Source: an uncultured Bacillota bacterium (GTDB lineage: Bacteria > Sysuimicrobiota > Sysuimicrobiia > Sysuimicrobiales > Segetimicrobiaceae). Taken from it: DNA of 64,000 bases. The notes under the pieces were generated by a model. It worked only from the letters and a program-made list of their open reading frames with translations. It was not told the DNA's origin and did not search any database. Position 1 is the first letter of the stretch; each line of letters opens with the position of its first letter. The position numbers and the translations under genes were made by a program. Shown piece after piece: positions 29,029 to 38,653 of the stretch. Location: the NCBI GenBank assembly GCA_963804645.1, contig CAWDRG010000004.1, forward strand, positions 64,001 to 128,000, read 5' to 3'.

Positions 29029-30681
29029 ATGACGGCGCCGAGTTCGGAGGGGGCGCCGCCCGTGGCAGCGGATGGCGGCGCGGGCTGGTCCGCGGGCGCG
29101 CTGGTGCAGCCGCCGGCGGTCGGCGCGGCCGGGACCGTGTGGGTGCGGTGCCCCGCAGTGCTCGTTCGGTACTGGGAGCCGCTCGCGCTGGGCGCGGTGC
29201 TGGTTGTTGCGTGCGCCCTTCGATTCGACCTCCTGAGCGTCCGGCCGCTGTGGTTCGACGAAGCCTTCAGCCTCAACACCGCGAGACAAACGTTTTCGGC
29301 GCTGTGGGAGTTCTTCAAGACGAACGACTCCCACCCGATCGGCTACTACGCACTGCTCTCCGCGTGGATCCGTTGGTTCGGGACCGGGCTCGCGGCGATG
29401 CGCATGTTGTCGCTCTTGTTCGGCGTCGCGGCCGTCGCGCTGACCTGGGCCGTCGGCCGGCGGATGTGCTCGCCGCAGATCGGGGTCGTCGCCGCCGCGC
29501 TGGTCGCGCTGCACCCGTACCAGATCTTCAGCAGCAACGAGCTGCGGATGTACGCGCCGCTCACCGCGCTGGCGCTCGTCTCCACGTGGTGCGTGTGGCG
29601 CGCGGCGGACCCCGGCGCGCCGTGGTGGCGGTGGGCGCTGTACGGGACGAGCGTCGCCGCGATGGGCTACGTGAGCTACTACGCGTGGCTCCTCGTGCCG
29701 GCGCAGGTGCTGTGGCTGGCATCCGTCCTGCCGTGGAGGCGGGCGGCGGTGTGCGCGGGGCTCGCCGGCGCGGTGGCGCTCGCCTGGTACGCGCCGTGGA
29801 TCCCCGTGATTGTGACGCTGCCGCAGCGCCTGCCGTGGGCGTGGCGCACGCCGGTGAATCCGTACTGGCTGGCGAGCCTCCTGACGTCGCAGACGTTCGG
29901 GACGTACCTGTTCGATACGGGGAGTTACTTCACGATCGGCCACGTGCCGTTCCCGACCTATTCCGTGCTGCTGTTTCCGTTCGGCGTGCTCCTCGCGGTC
30001 GGCGTCGCGGTGCTCGGCCGTGTGAACGGGCGCGCGCGCGGGCTCATCGTGCTGTCGTGGCTCCTGCCGATCGTTCTGGTGGTCGTGGTGTCGCTCGCAG
30101 TGGGCCGGCAGTTTGCGTTTCCTCGCCATCTCGTGTTCGTGGAACCGTTCGCGGCCCTGCTGCTCGCCGCCGGGATCGTGCACGCGGGCGGCGCCGCGCG
30201 CCCCGGGTCTCGCGCCCGGCTGGTGCTGCCGCTGATCGCCGGCGGGTTGGTGCTGGCGTTCGCCATCCCGGTGGTCGCGAATGTGAACGACGCGTCGATG
30301 CTGCCGTACCGCTGGGACCTCGCGGCGCAACTGGTCCGCACCGAGATCCGCCGCGGCGATATCATCGTGTACTTCCCGGGCGTCATGTCGGAGCCGCTCG
30401 ACTACTATTACCAGCCGCGCGCCCCCCAGTTGTTTGTGACGCCGTCATCGCACGGATGGACGGAGCGCGACATCGAGCCGGGCATCCGGGAGGCGATCGC
30501 CCTGATCGTAAAAGGATCGTACCGGCGGGTGTGGCTGGTGTTCAGCACGCCCTGGCCGCCGGGCAGCCTCGAGGCGTTCTCGCGTGGGCTCGAACACGTG
30601 GGCTACCGGCAGGGCTCGCTCTCGGACTTCCGCGAGGTGTGGGTCGCCAAGTTCGACCGCACCGCCGCGGCCGTGCGGTAG
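29029..30681 (+). CDS. GT-C fold membrane glycosyltransferase (PMT/GT39-like), copy 2
   Basis: RPLWFDEAFSL, HPIGYYALL, SNELRMY, multiple TM helices. Confidence 0.85.
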   Translation: MTAPSSEGAPPVAADGGAGWSAGALVQPPAVGAAGTVWVRCPAVLVRYWEPLALGAVLVVACALRFDLLSVRPLWFDEAFSLNTARQTFSALWEFFKTNDSHPIGYYALLSAWIRWFGTGLAAMRMLSLLFGVAAVALTWAVGRRMCSPQIGVVAAALVALHPYQIFSSNELRMYAPLTALALVSTWCVWRAADPGAPWWRWALYGTSVAAMGYVSYYAWLLVPAQVLWLASVLPWRRAAVCAGLAGAVALAWYAPWIPVIVTLPQRLPWAWRTPVNPYWLASLLTSQTFGTYLFDTGSYFTIGHVPFPTYSVLLFPFGVLLAVGVAVLGRVNGRARGLIVLSWLLPIVLVVVVSLAVGRQFAFPRHLVFVEPFAALLLAAGIVHAGGAARPGSRARLVLPLIAGGLVLAFAIPVVANVNDASMLPYRWDLAAQLVRTEIRRGDIIVYFPGVMSEPLDYYYQPRAPQLFVTPSSHGWTERDIEPGIREAIALIVKGSYRRVWLVFSTPWPPGSLEAFSRGLEHVGYRQGSLSDFREVWVAKFDRTAAAVR

Positions 30682-30801
30682 CGCGGCGGACTCCGAGCCG
30701 TGGCGGACGCGGCACCGCTCGTGCCCCCGTCGATCGGCGCCGCGGCGAGTCCCGTGCGACGTCCGTACATGATGCGCGCGGCGCACACGCGTCTCGCCGC
30801 G

Positions 30802-30837
30802 TTGACACTCGCGTCGGTCGAGTGTTATTCTTTTTCT
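30802..30837 (+). promoter_or_regulatory. Overlapping intrinsic terminator and sigma70 promoter
   Basis: Hairpin GACACTCG-N7-CGAGTGTT followed by ATTCTTTTT; the same bases give TTGACA (30802)-18-TATTCT (30826) with an extended TG. Confidence 0.6.
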
Positions 30838-30993
30838 GCGTTCGCGCCCGCCGGGACTGCTTCGTCGTGCTTCACGGGCACGCGTGCTCGCTGGAGGCGG
30901 TGAAGTTGGCGAGGGAAGTTCCCCCGCGTCCGGCGGGCTTCGAGTTCGGTGGGACGATGCGGCGCGGCGATCGAGACGCAAGGGGGTTCCACG

Positions 30994-31311
30994 GTGGGTG
31001 AGGACGAGGACGTCATCAAGTTGCTCGACGAGGACGGCGCGGAGCACGAGTTCAGCGTGGTGGACGTGCTCGACGTCGGGGAACAGCGTTACGCGATCCT
31101 GCAGCCGGTTTCCGCGGGTCAAGACGCCGACACGGCCGTGATCTTTCGCATGGAAGACGAGGCGCTCGTGACGATCGAGGACGACGCCGAGTTCGAGCGG
31201 GTGCGTCAGGCGTTCGAGGAGTCGCACGGCGACGAGGACGAAGCGCCCGCGGACGACTCGGGCGCGGACCACGAGCATTCCTCGGAAGACCACGGATCGA
31301 CCGCGCACTAA
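30994..31311 (+). CDS. DUF1292 (YrzB-like) acidic protein
   Basis: IKLLDEDGAEHEF...YAILQP...IFRME...LVTIEDDAEFERV. Confidence 0.8.
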   Translation: MGEDEDVIKLLDEDGAEHEFSVVDVLDVGEQRYAILQPVSAGQDADTAVIFRMEDEALVTIEDDAEFERVRQAFEESHGDEDEAPADDSGADHEHSSEDHGSTAH

Positions 31312-31327
31312 CCCGGAGGCGCACGCG

Positions 31328-31816
31328 GTGCACCCCTGGCTGCAGCCCGCGGCTCGGCACGACACGATCTACGACGTCGATCCGCGGCAGCTCACCGCGC
31401 GGGGTCTCCGGGGCCTGATCCTCGACCTCGACAACACCCTGGTTCCGTGGGGGGTCCGCGAGGCCCCCGACGCGCTCGGCGTCTGGGTGCAGGGCGCCCG
31501 CGCCGCCGGCCTGCAGCTGTGCATCGTCAGCAACAACGGGGGCGCCCGCGTCGTGGCGCTCGCGCGCGCCCTCGAGGTGCCGGTGCTGACGGACGCGTGG
31601 AAGCCGCTCCCCGGCAAGCTGCGGCGCGCGCTCGCGATGATGGGCACCACCACCGAGACGACCGCGCTGGTCGGCGATCAGGTGTTCACCGACGTGCTCG
31701 GCGGAAACGGCCTCGGGCTGTACACGATTTTGGTCCGCCCGCAGGGTGGCCACGAGTTCGTGCTGACGCGACTCGTGCGGATGGTGGAGCGCGTCGTGCT
31801 CCGGGGTATGCGGTGA
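31328..31816 (+). CDS. yqeG: YqeG-family HAD IIIA phosphatase
   Basis: LDLDNTLVPW, IVSNN, KP, VGDQVFTDVLGGN. Confidence 0.85.
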   Translation: MHPWLQPAARHDTIYDVDPRQLTARGLRGLILDLDNTLVPWGVREAPDALGVWVQGARAAGLQLCIVSNNGGARVVALARALEVPVLTDAWKPLPGKLRRALAMMGTTTETTALVGDQVFTDVLGGNGLGLYTILVRPQGGHEFVLTRLVRMVERVVLRGMR

Positions 31817-31844
31817 CCCGCGCGCATCGACGGTGGGACCTCTG

Positions 31845-32915
31845 ATGGCCGACCACCTTGCGCGGACGCGCCGCTACCTCGCCGACGCGGGCGTGGACGG
31901 CCTGCTGTTGTTCAAGCCGGAGAACCGACGCTACGCCACCGGGTTCACGGGGTCTGCGGGCCTCGCGTGTGTGACCGCGGGTGACGCGCTGCTCGCGGTC
32001 GACTTCCGCTATTACGAGCAGGCCGCCGCGCAGGCGCCCGCGTGTGAGGTGCTGCGCGCCGGGACGGACGTCGTCGCGGCGCTGGCCGAGGCGGTGCGGT
32101 CGCGCGGGGCGCGGCGGGTGGGGTTCGAATCCGAGTTCGTCCCGTTCGCGCACGTGGAGCGCTGGCGCGGCAAATTCGCCGCCAGCGAGCTCGTGCCGCT
32201 GGGCGACGTGGACCGGCTGCGGTGGGTGAAGGACGACGCCGAGATCGCCGCGATCCAGCGCGCCGCGGAGCTGGCGGACGCGGGATTCGCCCACATGCTC
32301 ACCGTGCTCCGCCCCGGCATCACCGAGCGCTGGGCCGCGGCCGAACTGGAGATCTTTCTGCGGCGCGCGGGCGCGGAGCGCCTGTCGTTCGAGACGGTGT
32401 TCGCGAGCGGACCGCGGTCGGCGCTTCCGCACGGCCGGCCCACCGATCGCGTGCTCGCGGCGGGGGATTTTGTGACGATGGACTACGGCCCGGTGATCGA
32501 GGGGTACACCGCGGACTGCACGCGGACCGTCGTGCTGGGCGGGCCCGACGCCCGGCAGCGCGAGATCTACGCCCTGGTGCTCGAGGCGCAGCGGGCGGCG
32601 CTTGCCGCGGTGCGGGCCGGTGTCTCGTCCCGCGCGGTCGACGCTGCCGCGCGGAGCGTCATCGAGGCCGGCGGATACGGGGACGCCTTTGGGCACGGCC
32701 TCGGCCACGGGATCGGCCTCGAGATCCACGAAGGGCCATCGCTATCGCAGCGGATGGACGTGCCCCTCGAGCCCGGCATGGTGATCACCATTGAACCGGG
32801 GGTGTACGTCCCGGGGTGGGGCGGCGTGCGGATCGAGGACGACGTGGTGGTGACGTCCGACGGCGGGCGGGTGCTCACGCACGCGCCGAAGGACCTGCGC
32901 ATCCTGTCGGCCTGA
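31845..32915 (+). CDS. Xaa-Pro aminopeptidase (M24B, YqhT/PapA-like)
   Basis: SALPHG, DYG..YTADCTRT, FGHGLGHGIGLEIHEGP, TIEPGVY, GVRIEDD; upstream of efp as in Firmicutes. Confidence 0.9.
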   Translation: MADHLARTRRYLADAGVDGLLLFKPENRRYATGFTGSAGLACVTAGDALLAVDFRYYEQAAAQAPACEVLRAGTDVVAALAEAVRSRGARRVGFESEFVPFAHVERWRGKFAASELVPLGDVDRLRWVKDDAEIAAIQRAAELADAGFAHMLTVLRPGITERWAAAELEIFLRRAGAERLSFETVFASGPRSALPHGRPTDRVLAAGDFVTMDYGPVIEGYTADCTRTVVLGGPDARQREIYALVLEAQRAALAAVRAGVSSRAVDAAARSVIEAGGYGDAFGHGLGHGIGLEIHEGPSLSQRMDVPLEPGMVITIEPGVYVPGWGGVRIEDDVVVTSDGGRVLTHAPKDLRILSA

Positions 32916-33064
32916 CGCCGTTCCCGGCTCGTTCGCGGCGGGATGCCGCGATGCCGCAGCCGCGGCCAGCGCCCGAATCTCGACGGTGATCAAGGCGCCG
33001 CGCGCGATCGTGCGCGCATCGCTCCGGTGTCGCGGTCGCCGGGAGCGATGACCGGCCCCGTTGA

Positions 33065-33094
33065 TTGACAAGCCGCACCGGCGGTCGGTACACT
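33065..33094 (+). promoter_or_regulatory. sigma70 promoter of efp
   Basis: TTGACA-18-TACACT, RBS GAGGTG at ~33100. Confidence 0.7.
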
Positions 33095-33112
33095 CGCGTG
33101 AGGTGATGCTTC

Positions 33113-33673
33113 GTGATCTCGAGTAATGATTTCCGCTCCGGCGTCCACTTTCTCCTCGACGGCGACTTGTACGTGGTCGTCGAGCAGCAGCACGTGAAGG
33201 TCGGCCGGGGCCCGGCCTACGTCAAGGCGAAAATCCGCAACACGAAAACCGGCGCCACCACGGAGCGGACGTTCCGTGCCGGCGAGCGAGTGCCGCTGGT
33301 CTATCTTGAGAAGAAGACGATGCAGTATCTCTACGGCAGTGACGACGAGTATGTGGTCATGGACAAGACCAACTTCGAGCAGATCTCGCTCCCGGCCGCG
33401 ATCTTTGGGGACGCGGTGCGGTTCCTGCGTGAAAACATGGACGTGACGGTGGTGTTCCACGAGGACACCCCGATCGGCGCGGAGCTGCCGACCGCGGTCG
33501 ACCTGCGGATTACGGACACCGCGCCGGGCGTCCGCGGCGACACCGTGAGCGGCGGCAGCAAGCCGGCAACCCTGGAGACGGGGGCGGTGGTACAGGTGCC
33601 GCTGTTCGTTGAGACCGGGGAGACGATTCGCGTCGATACCCGCACCGGGACCTACCTCGAACGCGTCCGCTGA
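33113..33673 (+). CDS. efp: Elongation factor P (Arg-type loop)
   Basis: ISSNDFRSG, HVKVGRGPAYV, MQYLY, PGVRGDT, KPATLETG, VPLFV, VDTRTG. Confidence 0.95.
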   Translation: MISSNDFRSGVHFLLDGDLYVVVEQQHVKVGRGPAYVKAKIRNTKTGATTERTFRAGERVPLVYLEKKTMQYLYGSDDEYVVMDKTNFEQISLPAAIFGDAVRFLRENMDVTVVFHEDTPIGAELPTAVDLRITDTAPGVRGDTVSGGSKPATLETGAVVQVPLFVETGETIRVDTRTGTYLERVR

Positions 33674-33720
33674 CGGCCGTCTCAACCCGCGCCGGGCCAG
33701 GGCCGGCGCACCGAACAGGC

Positions 33721-33785
33721 TAGGGCATAGGTACCGGCTCGCCGGCGAAGTTCCCATTTACCCGGTGCCCCTCCGCGTCTATTCT
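33721..33785 (+). promoter_or_regulatory. Orphan pilin promoter: conserved double box + -35 TTTACC, 17 bp, -10 TATTCT
   Basis: TAGGGCATAGGTACCGGCTCGCCGGCGAAGTTCCCATTTACC...TATTCT. Confidence 0.6.
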
Positions 33786-33825
33786 GAGTGCGAAAGAGGG
33801 TCGAGACAGGGCGGGGGGACTGGCA

Positions 33826-34299
33826 ATGCGGCGGCGGGCGGAGGCAACATCGGCGGAGCGGCAGGCAACCGGGCGCGGATTCCACCTGATCGAGATCCTG
33901 GTGTGCTCCGCGATCCTCGCACTGCTAGTCTCGCTCATGATGCCCGCCTACTTGAATGCCCGGAACAACGCCGCCGTCGACGAGGCCAGCGCCATGGCCC
34001 AGGAGTGGCGGACGCTCGCCTACGGCTGTCACCTCGCACACCCGAACGACCCGACCGCCTGCTTGAGCAACACGCAGATCGGATTCAACGAGTCCGCCGG
34101 GAAGTACTGGAACTGGACGCCCGCGCGGGCCACGTACAAGCTGATCGCGGTCCCCAGCGACGAGGGCGGCACGGACCGCGCGATCGTGGTGTCGTGGCCG
34201 TCGGCCGACGCCGGCATCCTGAACGGCGAGACCTTCATCGTCAGCATGAACTGGAACACCGGACAGGCGGCCACGGCCTGCGTGCCGGTCGGCTGCTAA
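33826..34299 (+). CDS. Type IV pilin, paralog 3 (outside the main cluster)
   Basis: RG|FHLIEILV; MAQEWRTLAYGC, IGFNESAGKYWNW, NGETF, CVPVGC shared with pilA. Confidence 0.85.
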   Translation: MRRRAEATSAERQATGRGFHLIEILVCSAILALLVSLMMPAYLNARNNAAVDEASAMAQEWRTLAYGCHLAHPNDPTACLSNTQIGFNESAGKYWNWTPARATYKLIAVPSDEGGTDRAIVVSWPSADAGILNGETFIVSMNWNTGQAATACVPVGC

Positions 34300-34352
34300 G
34301 AGCCCGGGACGCGGCGCGCCCCGGGGGGAGCGCGACCGCGTCCACCGGGCTC
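34300..34352 (+). terminator. Long GC-rich hairpin directly after pilin 3
   Basis: GAGCCCGG/CCGGGCTC and GGACGCGG/CCGCGTCC nested inverted repeats; no U-tract. Confidence 0.45.
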
Positions 34353-34501
34353 GACGCTCGCGGGTCGGCCCCCGACATTCGCCCGGGTTCGTCCGCTGCT
34401 CGCCCGAGGCGTCGTCCACGCCGCGGTGCGGCTGTCTGCGCCACGGTGCGGATGTCGTGGTGGAGACGCGGGTCCCCGACGGACGGACGGGACGGACGGC
34501 G

Positions 34502-35795
34502 GGTAGTGTACGGTATTGTGTGTAAAAGCAGGAGCCCGAAAAGAGAGGGCGTACCCCGACCTGACCAACCATAAGGAGGGATACGCCCATGGCCAGTGTG
34601 CGACCACTGACCGATCTCACCGTAGCCGATCTCTGGAAGGAGGTCAAGGATGAAGCGACCCTGTGGGGGGATGTCTCCCGAGAGACGCTCCGCACGGTCA
34701 AGCTCTTGCTGGAGAACCGGATGCATGACGAGTTGATCAACCATCTGAATGCCGGCCGGTACACTCGGAATCCGGACCGGCAGGGGTATCGGAATGGCGT
34801 CTACCGCCGCCGCTTGGTGACGACGTGGGGCACCATCCCCGATCTCCATATTCCCCGGGCCCGCCAGAGTGGGTTCCAGCCCTCGGTGCTCGGCCGCTAT
34901 CAGCGCCGCACCAGTGACGTCAACGCGCTCGTCCGCGCGGTCTTCCTCGGCGGCCTCTCCACCCGCCAGGTCGGGCCCGTCCTCGCCAAGCTCCTCGACG
35001 ATGTCGTGAGCCCCACGACCGTCTCGACGATCACCCGGGCCTTGGATCAAGCCGCGGCGGCCTTCCACCACCGGACGCTGGACGATCACTATCAGTATCT
35101 GTTCCTCGACGCCGTCAGCCTCCGGGTGAAAGGGCTCGCGGGGAGCAAGCGCCGCTTGATTCTCGTGGCCTACGGCATTCGGCCGACCGGGCAGCGGGAC
35201 CTGATCGACTTCCGGCTGGCCCGCTACGAGACCCAAACCACCTGGGAAGCCTTTCTCACGACGCTGGCCTGCCGCGGGTTAGTCGGGAAGCAGTTGCAGC
35301 TGATTACGACGGACGGCCAGCGGGGCCTCCATGCCGCCCTCGATTTGGTCTATTCGGACGTCCCGCGCCAAGCGTGCTGGGTCCATGTCCTCCGCAACGT
35401 GGCCAATCGGCTGCGGGTCAAGGACCGGGACGCGTGTCTGCGCATGGCGCGCCGAATCTATCAGGCGCCGACCGCCCACGCCGCGCGCCGCCTCCTGCGC
35501 CAGTGGGTCCAGGCCTGGCAGGCCACCGCCCCCGCGGCGGTCGCCTGTCTGACGCGCGAGGAGGACGCTCTGCTCAGCTTCTATGCCGTCAACGAGGCGG
35601 ACTGGCGCCGGGTGCGCACGACGAACGCGATTGAACGGGTGTTTCGCGAAGTCCGCCGGCGCACGCGCCCCATGACGTGCTTCACGAACGTGGCCAGCTG
35701 TGATCGGATTATCTATGCGATCGTTCAGGCTCTGAATGTCCGGCAGGCGAGGCGCTCTCTCTCACGGGAATTTACACAAAACACTTGACACTACC
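34502..35795 (+). mobile_element. IS256-family insertion sequence, complete (1294 bp)
   Basis: Imperfect 25-bp terminal IRs GGTAGTGTACGGTATTGTGTGTAAA vs GGTAGTGTCAAGTGTTTTGTGTAAA (reverse complement); 9-bp target duplication CGGACGGCG at 34493-34501 and 35796-35804. Confidence 0.92.
34589..35788 (+). CDS. IS256-family (Mutator-like) DDE transposase
   Basis: YRNG, IPRAR, GLSTRQV, YLFLDA, ITTDG, QACWVH, RTTNAIER.FREVRRRTR. Confidence 0.95.
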   Translation: MASVRPLTDLTVADLWKEVKDEATLWGDVSRETLRTVKLLLENRMHDELINHLNAGRYTRNPDRQGYRNGVYRRRLVTTWGTIPDLHIPRARQSGFQPSVLGRYQRRTSDVNALVRAVFLGGLSTRQVGPVLAKLLDDVVSPTTVSTITRALDQAAAAFHHRTLDDHYQYLFLDAVSLRVKGLAGSKRRLILVAYGIRPTGQRDLIDFRLARYETQTTWEAFLTTLACRGLVGKQLQLITTDGQRGLHAALDLVYSDVPRQACWVHVLRNVANRLRVKDRDACLRMARRIYQAPTAHAARRLLRQWVQAWQATAPAAVACLTREEDALLSFYAVNEADWRRVRTTNAIERVFREVRRRTRPMTCFTNVASCDRIIYAIVQALNVRQARRSLSREFTQNT

Positions 35796-35831
35796 CGGAC
35801 GGCGGCGCGTCCGTCGGATGGGATTGTGTTG

Positions 35832-35840
35832 TGGTATAAT
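35832..35840 (+). promoter_or_regulatory. Extended -10 promoter of rpsO
   Basis: TGGTATAAT about 80 bp upstream of the rpsO ATG. Confidence 0.7.
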
Positions 35841-35921
35841 AAAGCGTCGTGAAGCGGGGACATGCGCAGCTCCGGCGGTGTCTCGGCCGATCGTCGTGTC
35901 CTATCTTGGGAGGTGGAGCAC

Positions 35922-36197
35922 ATGAGTACCGAAGGTGAGGGCAGTCCGCACGCGTTGTCGCCCGCAGAGTTCCGGAGGCACCCAAACGACAGTGGCTCCC
36001 CGGACGTGCAGATCGCCCGGCTGACCGAACGCATCAATCACCTCAGCGAGCATCTGAAGATTCACAAGAGCGATTTTCACTCGCGCCGCGGATTGCTCCG
36101 GATGGTCGGGCATCGGCGGCGGCTGCTGACGTACCTGAGCGACCACGACCTCGCGCGCTACCGGGCGATCGTGGAGCGCCTCGGGCTGCGGCGGTAG
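35922..36197 (+). CDS. rpsO: 30S ribosomal protein S15
   Basis: [50 protein letters not shown]. Confidence 0.95.
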   Translation: MSTEGEGSPHALSPAEFRRHPNDSGSPDVQIARLTERINHLSEHLKIHKSDFHSRRGLLRMVGHRRRLLTYLSDHDLARYRAIVERLGLRR

Positions 36198-36287
36198 CGC
36201 AGCGGCAGCCGGACGGCGTCCGTCTCGGGGCGACGCCCCGGCCGGCCGAGGGGTGTGGGAGAGCGGGATGAGGAGGGCAGCGCGCGG

Positions 36288-38540
<2,253 letters not shown>

Positions 38541-38564
38541 TCGACGCACGGGAGCCTGGCGTGA

Positions 38565-38590
38565 GAGAAGCCTCCGCGAGGAGGCTTCTC
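38565..38590 (+). terminator. Stem-loop after pnp
   Basis: Perfect 11-bp stem GAGAAGCCTCC-GCGA-GGAGGCTTCTC; weak U-tail. Confidence 0.6.
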
Positions 38591-38653
38591 GGTTATCGGC
38601 GAGACCGCGCGCAGCGCGCGGATCAGCAGGCGGACGGAGGCGCGGCGGGTCGT

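Noticed and set aside
33826..34299. Silent pilS-type cassette for Neisseria-like antigenic variation
   Set aside because: The copy has a full prepilin N-terminus, an RBS and its own promoter candidate, and only short DNA identities with pilA
33826..35795. Pilin 3 mobilised by IS256 as a composite transposon
   Set aside because: There is one IS copy with its own target duplication, and the pilin lies outside it
35785..35840. IS256 outward TTGACA forming a hybrid promoter with the rpsO TATAAT
   Set aside because: The spacing is 44 bp rather than ~17, and no good -10 lies at the correct distance
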